From Bacteroidota bacterium (GTDB lineage Bacteria; Bacillota; UBA4882; JAAYXC01), in the NCBI GenBank assembly GCA_050260415.1, contig JBLNCE010000150.1, positions 5,313 to 69,312 on the forward strand: a DNA stretch of 64,000 nucleotides, in the 5' to 3' direction. The notes below the pieces were generated by a model, which saw only the letters and a list, made by a program, of their open reading frames with translations, did not search any database and was not told the origin of the DNA. Shown piece after piece: positions 1 to 7,187 of this stretch (position 1 is its first letter; each line of letters starts with the position of its first letter). The translations under genes were made by a program, and so were the position numbers.

Positions 1-1
1 C

Positions 2-322
2 GCCGTATATTTTATCTACGGGGTTTTCGTGGCCTCTCTTACGCCCAATATCGCGGCGCACGTGGCGGAGGATGTCCCGGTGGCGATGCGGGGCCGGGCT
101 TATGGGCTCATGCAGGGCGCCAACCCGGCGGGCGCTTTCCTGGCGCCCATGGCGGCCGGGCTCATCGGCCGGGTATTTGGCTTGCGGGGTGTCCTCCTGG
201 CTTTCGGCCTGGTCGCCGCGGGAGGAGCGCTCCTGCTGCGGCGCTGGAGACCCGGCGGCGCTTCACCTCAGGAAGCGCCTGCAAAATCGCGCGGCTTAGC
301 CTCCACAAACAGAGTGGGCTAA
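2..322 (+). CDS. MFS-type transporter, C-terminal fragment (5' end lies outside the window)
   Basis: Frame is open from the window edge. Hydrophobic TM-like segments (GAFLAPMAAGLIGRVFGLRGVLLAFGLVAAGGALLL). Resembles the C-terminal part of the complete MFS ORF at 60255-61496. Confidence 0.6.
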   Translation, partial: AVYFIYGVFVASLTPNIAAHVAEDVPVAMRGRAYGLMQGANPAGAFLAPMAAGLIGRVFGLRGVLLAFGLVAAGGALLLRRWRPGGASPQEAPAKSRGLASTNRVG

Positions 323-350
323 CGGGGGCGGCGGGGGTGGGTTCGCTCTC

Positions 351-788
351 TCACCGCCGCGGTCCGCGCCGGCGAAGGACGCGCAATTGGTCGGCCCGGA
401 TAGCCTTGGCATGACGGCGCTTCTCCCGTTCCTCCTCTTCCTCCCAGGCGTCGGCGCGTAACGCCCCTTTATCCGCCGCGCCCCTCAGGACGACGATCGT
501 CTCCCCCGCGTTAGGCCTGGTATACGGCGACCCATCCTCGCCGCGGTAAACCGTCTCCACGTGCATCCGGGCAAACTCCGACTCTTCCAGCCAACGGCGG
601 ACGAAGGACTTGATGACTGGAAAAACCTCGCTGTGCTTACCTTGCCCGTGGATAATGCGGACAACCCGGCCAGCGCGCGCGCGGGCGGCGTCCATCCCAT
701 CCGCCAGTCTGGCGCGGGCCTCAGCCAGATTGAGGCCATGGAGGTTGATGGTCTCCGTCGCAGCCACCTCTTCCCCGGCGGAATGCAT
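351..788 (-). CDS. Smr (small MutS-related) domain protein
   Basis: INLHGLNLAEARARL...VVRIIHGQGKHS matches the Smr LDLHG...HGxG pattern. Convergent with the MFS gene. Confidence 0.65.
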   Translation of the reverse strand: MHSAGEEVAATETINLHGLNLAEARARLADGMDAARARAGRVVRIIHGQGKHSEVFPVIKSFVRRWLEESEFARMHVETVYRGEDGSPYTRPNAGETIVVLRGAADKGALRADAWEEEEEREKRRHAKAIRADQLRVLRRRGPRR

Positions 789-980
789 CCGCCACGCGAC
801 GTTATTCCATACGGACGGGGTATGATCCTGCGTGCCAGCGGACGATTGCCAAGGCGGCGGAAAGCGGCCGGCAATAGAAGGGCACTCCGTGGCCGAGTTG
901 TGCCGCTGGTGTGTGGTAAATTCGGGCCAGGTAGCACCTCAAACGATAATAATTGACCCCTTCCCAGATAGGTTGAGCTG

Positions 981-989
981 TGTTATAAT
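981..989 (+). promoter_or_regulatory. extended -10 promoter element upstream of tRNA-Glu
   Basis: TGtTATAAT lies 17 nt upstream of the tRNA 5' end. No good -35 element. Confidence 0.4.
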
Positions 990-1005
990 AACTTACGCGT
1001 TTACC

Positions 1006-1081
1006 GGTCCCATCGTCTAGAGGCCTAGGACACCGCCCTTTCACGGCGGTGACAGGGGTTCGAATCCCCTTGGGACCACCA
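1006..1081 (+). tRNA. tRNA-Glu (anticodon UUC), CCA encoded
   Basis: Cloverleaf folded by hand: acceptor GGTCCCA/TGGGACC, anticodon loop CTTTCAC, T-loop GGTTCGAATCC, 3' ACCA. Confidence 0.9.
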
Positions 1082-1107
1082 TTCATTAAAAAAAGTGCAG
1101 CTAGAGG

Positions 1108-1136
1108 GGACTTCGGGTGAAGTCCTTTTCTTTTTG
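1108..1136 (+). terminator. intrinsic terminator after tRNA-Glu
   Basis: GGACTTC-GGGT-GAAGTCC hairpin followed by TTTTCTTTTTG. Confidence 0.7.
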
Positions 1137-1141
1137 CGTTT

Positions 1142-1605
1142 GGCTCTGTTCTGAGCAACGGTTGATCTAGAGTATCCACTTGGATCGTAGAATTGGTTTT
1201 GTGTTGATATCAGGGTCGCGGGAGGCACTATCCGTCCTCCCGCATCCTCCCGGACCAAAGGGTGTGATCGCACACCCTTTGGAATCCCGCGACCGGAACC
1301 AAGGTTCCTGGACCTCCTAATGATGGGGTCAAGATTCACGTCACCATCCATGGCTCCTGTGAAGGACCGTTCGGCGCATCCATCGCGCCTCAGTACTACG
1401 ATGGGCTTCGAAGCAGACGGCAGGCCGCGTCCGGCGGCCTATGCCGCGTGGCTCGACATCCATGTCTGCGCCGAGGGTTGCTTGGATGATTGCTTAAGAG
1501 GCTGTGGGGCTATAGATATAAGCTCTATAACTGCCGTCAGTACTGCCCGCCTTGTTGCTACTGCTTGATGGATGTGTAGGATCAACCATTCTACAGAACA
1601 GAGCC
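1142..1605 (+). other. candidate large structured ncRNA or MITE-like element (non-coding, closed by a 26-nt imperfect inverted repeat)
   Basis: GGCTCTGTTCTG-n6-GGTTGATC (1142-1167) pairs with GATCAACC-n6-CAGAACAGAGCC (1580-1605). Internal perfect helices at 1214-1223/1285-1294, 1255-1282 and 1295-1308. A T6 run lies at 1611-1616. No convincing ORF. Confidence 0.35.
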
Positions 1606-1838
1606 TTACGTTTTTTGGGTTAGGGCGAAGACATTCATGAGGATCTCAGCCCTGGCGAAAACGCTAAGGGCGGTGATCCGAGAATAAACCGCAAGCCTCC
1701 TCCAGATGCGGTCGAGAAGCTGTCGAGGGCATAATAAGCGGGAGGCAGGAAGCTTGCCATACTTCCTCCTCCCATGGCGCCCAATTTCTTTGTGTGGCAG
1801 GAGGCTGGCCATTTCTCCATACCACCATACCACCACTG

Positions 1839-1912
1839 CCCCCCCGGTGGGAATCGAACCCACGACGCTTACCTTGGCATGATACCCCTCTAATCCGCTG
1901 AGGTACGGGGGG
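1839..1912 (-). tRNA. tRNA-Gly-like (anticodon GCC), atypical, no encoded CCA
   Basis: Reverse complement folds as acceptor CCCCCCG/CGGGGGG, D-arm CCTC/GAGG, anticodon loop ATGCCAA (U33 and A37 present), T-arm GTGGG-TTCGATT-CCCAC. One G-A mismatch in the anticodon stem. C1-G72 is unusual. Confidence 0.6.
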
Positions 1913-1938
1913 TAAACCGTACAGTGGAGCGCAGAAAT

Positions 1939-1967
1939 ATTTTACCACTTGTTGCACGTAATGTAAA
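1939..1967 (-). promoter_or_regulatory. sigma-70-type promoter for the minus-strand tRNA
   Basis: On the minus strand: TTTACA, 17-nt spacer, TAAAAT with an extended TG (TGGTAAAAT). About 27 nt upstream of the tRNA 5' end. Confidence 0.5.
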
Positions 1968-2150
1968 CCTACGGCAACTTTTTATCGTAGCCCGCACTAC
2001 CTTATTCTCTGTCAGGCAGACCTTTTGCGAAACACACTCTCCTCCTTGAGTACCGTACCAGGCCCCTACGGGGGGGGAACGCTGCGCGTGCCTTTCCACA
2101 TATCGGTTTTCACTGCATCACCGACCGGCGAGACGTGGCAGTTATTGGCC

Positions 2151-2179
2151 TTGACTTGGCCTCCGGGTGATGCTATAAT
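2151..2179 (+). promoter_or_regulatory. sigma-70-type promoter for the tRNA-Val/Asp/Phe cluster
   Basis: TTGACT (2151-2156), 17-nt spacer, TGcTATAAT (2171-2179). 15 nt upstream of tRNA-Val. Confidence 0.7.
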
Positions 2180-2194
2180 AAACTTTGCCGTCGT

Positions 2195-2271
2195 GGTCGC
2201 ATGGCTCAGTTGGTTAGAGCGCTGCGTTCACATCGCAGAGGTCGCTGGTTCGAGTCCAGCTGCGACCACCA
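2195..2271 (+). tRNA. tRNA-Val (anticodon CAC), CCA encoded
   Basis: Acceptor GGTCGCA/TGCGACC, anticodon stem-loop CTGCG-TTCACAT-CGCAG, T-loop GGTTCGAGTCC. Confidence 0.9.
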
Positions 2272-2296
2272 TTTGTGGTCAAAGGTTTGCATATGC

Positions 2297-2373
2297 GGAG
2301 CCGTGGTGTAGCCGGTTAACATGCCAGCCTGTCACGCTGGAGATCGCGGGTTCGAGTCCCGTCGGCTCCGCCA
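2297..2373 (+). tRNA. tRNA-Asp (anticodon GUC), CCA encoded
   Basis: Acceptor GGAGCCG/CGGCTCC, anticodon stem-loop CCAGC-CTGTCAC-GCTGG, T-arm GCGGG-TTCGAGT-CCCGT. Confidence 0.9.
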
Positions 2374-2410
2374 TCACCCTTTCAGGAACAGACGCATAGC
2401 TTTGAGATGT

Positions 2411-2486
2411 GCCAAGGTAGCTCAGATGGTAGAGCAGGGGACTGAAAATCCCCGTGTCGGCGGTTCGATTCCGTCCCTTGGCACCA
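2411..2486 (+). tRNA. tRNA-Phe (anticodon GAA), CCA encoded; prophage integration target
   Basis: Acceptor GCCAAGG/CCTTGGC, anticodon stem-loop GGGGA-CTGAAAA-TCCCC, T-arm GGCGG-TTCGATT-CCGTC. The 3' 46 nt are duplicated at 59083-59128. Confidence 0.92.
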
Positions 2487-2488
2487 TT
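2441..2488 (+). repeat. attL core (48-bp direct repeat, inside tRNA-Phe)
   Basis: ACTGAAAATCCCCGTGTCGGCGGTTCGATTCCGTCCCTTGGCACCATT is identical to 59083-59130. Confidence 0.9.
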
Positions 2489-2544
2489 ATTATGCCACTT
2501 TAACTGGGATTTGTGTTTTATTGGGACCCGCTTAAGCTTTAATC

Positions 2545-2567
2545 GCTGTAATCAAATCGTAATCAAA
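2545..2567 (+). repeat. putative integrase arm-type binding sites (tandem GTAATCAAA)
   Basis: GCTGTAATCAAATCGTAATCAAA here versus GCTGTAATCAAATTGTAATCAAA at 58958-58980. Same orientation; each lies 57-103 bp from an att core. Confidence 0.5.
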
Positions 2568-2697
2568 ATATAAAATACCAGCTAAAGCGCCTATTGACTT
2601 TTCGTGATTCACGCCGCTATGTTGGGATGGGTGAGCCAACATGGATGGCGCACGGAGGCTAGGCTCGACCCAACCCGGTCCATGCGGCCGGGTTTTT

Positions 2698-3867
2698 CTA
2701 TGCACGGTATCTCGAGCGATCGGTGACGGCTTCTTCTCCCAACAACGCAACCGCCAGTTCCTGCATGGCGGCCTTCTTCCTGGCCATGCTGATATGGCCA
2801 TACGTATCCGCGGTTATCTGCACCCCGGCGTGCCGGGCGATGGCCGAGACCGTCTTAAGATCCACGCCCAGATCCAGGAGCAGAGAGATCGACGTGTGCC
2901 GCAGATCGTGCAGCCGCATATGAGGCAGTCCCGCGAACTCCAAATCCTCCCTGAATGCCTTATTCACATGGCTCACGTCTCGCGGATACCCAAGCGGATC
3001 CGTGAACAGCAGTGGGCCGTTCTCCCCGAGATCGGGGCAGGCCTCGCCAAGGTAGGCCCGTTCGTTCTCGCGCTGTTTAATAACCCTTTCGAACTCGGCG
3101 GCCAGGATAGGCAACAGCGGCAGTTCTGCCTCGCTGGCGTCGCTCTTAATCCAGAACTCCGGCTCCTTGCCTCCATGCACCAGGCCCTGAGTTATTTTCA
3201 CCACCAGCCGGTCAAGGTCAATGTCGGGGATTCGGATGCCTAGCAGTTCGGATCGGCGCAACGCCAGAAGTAGCAATGTCAGCCAGTACACCCAGCAAGG
3301 GCGCCCCCGTGTCACCCGTAGAAAGTGCTTTGCCTCTTCGACGGTCATCTGCCGGAATTTCTTCTTGTGTGCTCGCGGAGGATCGGTCAGCTTCGCCACA
3401 TTGGTTGTGATCAGTTGCCACTTGCAGGCCTGTTGTAGAGCCGCCCGTAGGGTTCGATGCGCATTGCGCACTGTCAGTGCCGACAGGCCTTTCGCGAGCA
3501 GGTCATGGTAGGCGTCTTGTATGATATCGGGAGTAAGCTTGCGGAGTAGATATTTCCCCAGCTTGGGACGCAGATAAAGCCGGATGTGCTTTTTATAGCC
3601 CCGTATTGTATTGGGGCTGAGGCCTTTTTTGTCTATATAGGCTTCCCAGCGGTCAAAGAAGGCGCTGACCTTTAGCTTGCTGTCAGGCAGAGGTTCTCCT
3701 TTATTGAGACGCGCCAGCATGTCCGCGCAATACGCTTCGGCATCGCGCTTGAGCCCGCGGATCGTCGCGGTATGATATTTCGGTGCGCCGGATTCATACC
3801 GCTCGCCAGTCGGGATGAAGACACGCCAAGAGCCTTTGCCCTGCGGTTGGATGTGCCCAGTGGCCAT
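2698..3867 (-). CDS. int: tyrosine recombinase / phage integrase
   Basis: C-terminal catalytic region HDLRHTSISLLLDLGVDLKTVSAIARHAGVQITADTYGHI (R..HxxR..Y pattern). N-terminal SAM-like domain. Adjacent to attL. Confidence 0.9.
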   Translation of the reverse strand: MATGHIQPQGKGSWRVFIPTGERYESGAPKYHTATIRGLKRDAEAYCADMLARLNKGEPLPDSKLKVSAFFDRWEAYIDKKGLSPNTIRGYKKHIRLYLRPKLGKYLLRKLTPDIIQDAYHDLLAKGLSALTVRNAHRTLRAALQQACKWQLITTNVAKLTDPPRAHKKKFRQMTVEEAKHFLRVTRGRPCWVYWLTLLLLALRRSELLGIRIPDIDLDRLVVKITQGLVHGGKEPEFWIKSDASEAELPLLPILAAEFERVIKQRENERAYLGEACPDLGENGPLLFTDPLGYPRDVSHVNKAFREDLEFAGLPHMRLHDLRHTSISLLLDLGVDLKTVSAIARHAGVQITADTYGHISMARKKAAMQELAVALLGEEAVTDRSRYRA

Positions 3868-3972
3868 TAGCTCACCCCTATCACGTCTCCGCCAGCAGGG
3901 TGCCCGTGCATGTATGATTGCACCATCATGGTGAATCTACCCCTCCATGTCTGGCTGGCGGCACAGTTCTGA

Positions 3973-4164
3973 CTATTTAGTGCAGATCACAGCGGAGTGA
4001 GGTATTTTCGCTGCTTCACGCCTGATTAAGTCTCTCATCGCGGAGTTAAGAAGCGGTGACAACAACAAAGTAGGCTCCCCATGCCCTCTGATCAGGAATG
4101 CCGAAATGCCATCGGGTAGATCGATAACATATTCCTGCAATCCAATACCTCCCTGCACGGGCAC
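3973..4164 (-). CDS. hypothetical small protein
   Basis: 63-aa ORF between the integrase and repressor genes, on the same strand. No recognisable motif. Confidence 0.3.
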   Translation of the reverse strand: MPVQGGIGLQEYVIDLPDGISAFLIRGHGEPTLLLSPLLNSAMRDLIRREAAKIPHSAVICTK

Positions 4165-4208
4165 ATTTTGGTGCTCGGCAGGGAAAGGCCTGCTATTAAG
4201 TTGTTTTG

Positions 4209-4898
4209 CTATTTATTTGCAGCTAACTGGCGAGAAATATTGAGAATTACTTCACGATCCCGGTCCGTCATCCGTTTCGTCAGCCCGACCATTTGCGTCA
4301 GGAATCGCCGCCAGTCCTCCACGCTTTCACCTTCCAACTCAAGATCGGTCGTGTAGATCATCAACTTCTGCGGCGCATCCTCGGTGGTGGCTGTGCGTTT
4401 ATCTGGTCTGCCGAGCAAATTATCCAGCGACACGCCGAATTCATCCGCCAGGCGGCAGAGGATCGTGGCTTCCGGTATGGTGCCGAGCTCGTACCGCGTA
4501 ATGGCGGCATAGGTAACTCCCACTCTACGCGCCAGGTCGTCGCGTTCAATCCCGGCGGCCGCCCGCAACTCCTGCAGCCTGTCCGCGAATGCCCGTTCCA
4601 GATCCGGATCGCGTTGGCGGCTGGGGCGCGTTCTGGCGGCGCGTTCATCGGCGAGCATCATGGCATTCGCATCGTTGGGCAGATCACGCGAGATCCGCAC
4701 CAGGTCTGTCGGATCAAGCGCGAGGTGCGGCGCGATCTTCCATAATGTCTCGACCCGAGGCCTGGTCCTGCTTCCGGATTCAATCCGCGAAATTTCCGCA
4801 GAATCAACCCCGGCCAGCCGCGCCAATTCCCGTTGACTGAACCCACGTTCCTCCCGGCGCCGCCGTATGATAGCCGCGAGTGATTCCTCCGCCGCCAT
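4209..4898 (-). CDS. prophage repressor-like protein with two tandem XRE-type HTH domains
   Basis: Two HTH_3-like units (RGFSQRELARLAGVDSAEISRIESG and IERDDLARRVGVTYAAITRYELG). Start chosen at ATG 4898, preceded by GGAGAG. Divergent from the cro-like gene. Confidence 0.75.
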   Translation of the reverse strand: MAAEESLAAIIRRRREERGFSQRELARLAGVDSAEISRIESGSRTRPRVETLWKIAPHLALDPTDLVRISRDLPNDANAMMLADERAARTRPSRQRDPDLERAFADRLQELRAAAGIERDDLARRVGVTYAAITRYELGTIPEATILCRLADEFGVSLDNLLGRPDKRTATTEDAPQKLMIYTTDLELEGESVEDWRRFLTQMVGLTKRMTDRDREVILNISRQLAANK

Positions 4899-4920
4899 GC
4901 CAATCACTCTCCTTTTTTTG

Positions 4921-5001
4921 ATTATAGCAACTGATGACAACATGACAAAGCCCCCTTGACAAACTTACTGATGTCATTTATGATTGTCATCATGGGAGGT
5001 G
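4921..5001. promoter_or_regulatory. divergent lysogeny/lysis switch: two face-to-face promoters overlapped by TGTCAT(CA) operator half-sites
   Basis: Rightward: TTGACA (4956-4961), 17 nt, TATGAT (4979-4984), then GGGAGGTG RBS. Leftward: TTGTCA (rc of 4943-4948), 16 nt, TGcTATAAT (rc of 4921-4929). Half-sites at 4932-4939, 4942-4948, 4969-4976 and 4984-4992. Confidence 0.6.
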
Positions 5002-5009
5002 ACCATTGA

Positions 5010-5273
5010 TTGCAGAGATTTGTCATCAACCTCGATGAACTGCGAGCTTTGACGCGGGCGGCCAGGGTCTCGACCAGGGCCGAACTGGCCAGGGGATTCG
5101 GAATCGACCAGGCGGCGGCCACGCGCATGCTTCAAGGGAAGTACCGTTCCGTCAACGCCCAGACCGCTGAACGTATGAGGTCGTTTTTTCAGAACCGCGG
5201 TCTGGATCCCACAGCACTGTTCAAGGGAGATGCGCAAAATGAACAAGCAGCATCCGCAGAGCGAGCATCCTAA
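5010..5273 (+). CDS. Cro/antirepressor-like small HTH protein
   Basis: TTG start 8 nt after the GGGAGGTG RBS. STRAELARGFGIDQAAATRMLQG is HTH-like. Position is divergent from the repressor. Confidence 0.55.
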   Translation: MQRFVINLDELRALTRAARVSTRAELARGFGIDQAAATRMLQGKYRSVNAQTAERMRSFFQNRGLDPTALFKGDAQNEQAASAERAS

Positions 5274-5556
5274 GCCGTTAGCCATTGCCCAAGCTCGATC
5301 GCCGCAGGATCTCCCGCTATTCCTCACGGTCCCAGAGGCGGCATCGATCCTGCGCCGCGGCACCGCATTCGTCTACCAGGCCGTGAACGAAGGCCGGTTG
5401 CCGGCGATCAGAGCCGGCCGCGGCGGCAAGATCATGATCAACCGCGACGAGCTATTCCGATGGGGGTCGAATCAGGAGACAATGGCCCCCGTTTCGCGTA
5501 ATTCGCCGATGCCAACGTCCAACACTACGAGGATACCTCGTGCGGTGCTTCAATGA
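5230..5556 (+). CDS. excisionase-family (MerR-like HTH_17) DNA-binding protein
   Basis: LTVPEAASILRRGTAFVYQAVNEGRLPAIRAGRGGKIMINRDELFRW matches the Xis/AlpA-type HTH pattern. The exact start is uncertain. Confidence 0.6.
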   Translation: MRKMNKQHPQSEHPKPLAIAQARSPQDLPLFLTVPEAASILRRGTAFVYQAVNEGRLPAIRAGRGGKIMINRDELFRWGSNQETMAPVSRNSPMPTSNTTRIPRAVLQ

Positions 5557-6215
5557 CAGCGCACCAACGGGTATTACGACTATTCACGAAAGGGGGTGAT
5601 TATGTGGCTCTGGTGTCAATCCGTGACCTGCGGCGGTTACGGGAGGGCATGGGGCTCACCAGAGAGGCGGCAGCAGAGAAATTGGGCGTCAGTGTGAGCG
5701 CACTACAACGGGCGGAAGAGGCAAATCGAAATCCATCATGGCGGCTCATTCGCCGCGCGGCTCTCCTATACGGCGAGGTTAACGTAGACGCTCCGGAGGG
5801 AGCGTTTTGCCTCACTCACGTTTACCGGCCGCGGATGGGGAAACGCCGTCCAACCTTGGATGAAGGCTGCGAGGCGGCACTCGTTCTTGCCAGGTTCCTT
5901 GGGCATGAACCAGTACCGAGGACTGTCATGGGGTACTTGCTCGAGGAGATCGCAGCGGAGAGCGCCGAGGCCGAACTAGCAGTAACAGGGCAGCGCAAGT
6001 CATTACTTCGGATGTTCGGGGCACCGGCACCGGCGCCGCCCGGAGAGGGAGAAGAAAAGGTCTTTACCGAGGCGGTGCTTGATCCGCTCGGACCGATGGC
6101 CGCAGGGTTCGCGGCATACGTAACGCAGCATCGGGATTTTGCACGAATGGCGGTGGAGAAACGAATGGCGCGGGCCTGTAGCAGAGGCGCCGCGCCGGTG
6201 GAAGTGGGGGCTTGA
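5553..6215 (+). CDS. XRE-type HTH domain protein with an uncharacterised C-terminal half
   Basis: LRRLREGMGLTREAAAEKLGVSVSALQRAEE is an HTH_3-like motif. ATGA overlap with the upstream gene. Confidence 0.55.
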   Translation: MTAHQRVLRLFTKGGDYVALVSIRDLRRLREGMGLTREAAAEKLGVSVSALQRAEEANRNPSWRLIRRAALLYGEVNVDAPEGAFCLTHVYRPRMGKRRPTLDEGCEAALVLARFLGHEPVPRTVMGYLLEEIAAESAEAELAVTGQRKSLLRMFGAPAPAPPGEGEEKVFTEAVLDPLGPMAAGFAAYVTQHRDFARMAVEKRMARACSRGAAPVEVGA

Positions 6216-6284
6216 TGGGCTGACGGGCCTCAAGCCATCCCTAGTCAACTTTCATTATAGCACGAAAAGGAGGCATGACAAAAA

Positions 6285-7172
6285 GTGTCATCAACGTCGG
6301 CCATCGTTTTGGCCAGCACGCTCAGCGGGATGGATCGAACGACATGGCTTACGCTTCGCCGGCGGGGCATCTATGGCTCTGATGCGAGGCTGATCTGCGG
6401 TGTATACTACCGCGAATTCGACGGACATCTCGAAACCGCGACTGATGTATGGTTGGAGAAAAGAGGTTGCACCGCGGCTCAGGAGGAAGCCGAGCTTGAC
6501 CTCGATGAGAACATTGCCAGGGCTTTTAGTCTCCGTACCGGGGTCATCGTCCGGCGCCGAGGAGTGATTCTCCAGCATCCGGAGCATCCGTTCATGCTGG
6601 CGGATCTTAACCGGGTGACCCACGAAGCGGCCGATGGGATCGGCGTGCTGGTGGTAATGTCCGGCGGCCTGGAGTTGCTACGGAACTGGGAGCAGGTGCA
6701 AGAGGCTTTCCGGATCCATGCCCTGCACGATATGGCCGTAACCGGATACACATATGCACACCTCGCCGCCCTCGTGCCTGGGAATCACGGGCTTGAGTTA
6801 CGCCTGGCGCGCGTGGTTCGGGACGAGCGGGCAATCTCTTGCCTGATCGAAATCGAGCGTGAATTCTGGGAGAATAACGTCCAGACGAACACTCCCCCAG
6901 TCGGCAACACGCAGGCCACAGCGAAGCTTCTGGCCACTCTCTATCCGGAATCACGTTCGATGGTGGTCGAGTTGCCACCGAGCGCCCGCGAGTTCTTCGA
7001 AGGGTACGACCGCGCCGATCAGGTGGTTCGCGAAGCCGAAGAGCACCGCGAGCATTATGCAAATCTGCTCAAAGGGATGCTCATGGATGCTGAGGCCGGC
7101 GTGCTTGACGAGTACAAAGCCGTATGGCGAACCACCGATGGACGGCGGCAGTTCAGCGTGATCAAGAATTAA
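6285..7172 (+). CDS. YqaJ-like viral recombinase exonuclease (PD-(D/E)XK fold)
   Basis: N-terminal TTWLTLRRRGIYGSDA is typical of the YqaJ/lambda-exonuclease family. Early-operon position. Confidence 0.65.
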   Translation: MSSTSAIVLASTLSGMDRTTWLTLRRRGIYGSDARLICGVYYREFDGHLETATDVWLEKRGCTAAQEEAELDLDENIARAFSLRTGVIVRRRGVILQHPEHPFMLADLNRVTHEAADGIGVLVVMSGGLELLRNWEQVQEAFRIHALHDMAVTGYTYAHLAALVPGNHGLELRLARVVRDERAISCLIEIEREFWENNVQTNTPPVGNTQATAKLLATLYPESRSMVVELPPSAREFFEGYDRADQVVREAEEHREHYANLLKGMLMDAEAGVLDEYKAVWRTTDGRRQFSVIKN

Positions 7173-7187
7173 CGAGGAGGAATTGGA

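Noticed and set aside
1320-1568. 82-aa plus-strand ORF inside the structured non-coding element
   Set aside because: It has no RBS and odd composition. It is crossed by multiple perfect RNA helices, so the region is better explained as RNA or a MITE.
2532-3243. ORFs 2532-2801 (minus) and 2641-3243 (plus) at the attL/integrase junction
   Set aside because: They overlap the att arm region and the integrase gene. No motifs are present, and the integrase frame is clearly the real one.
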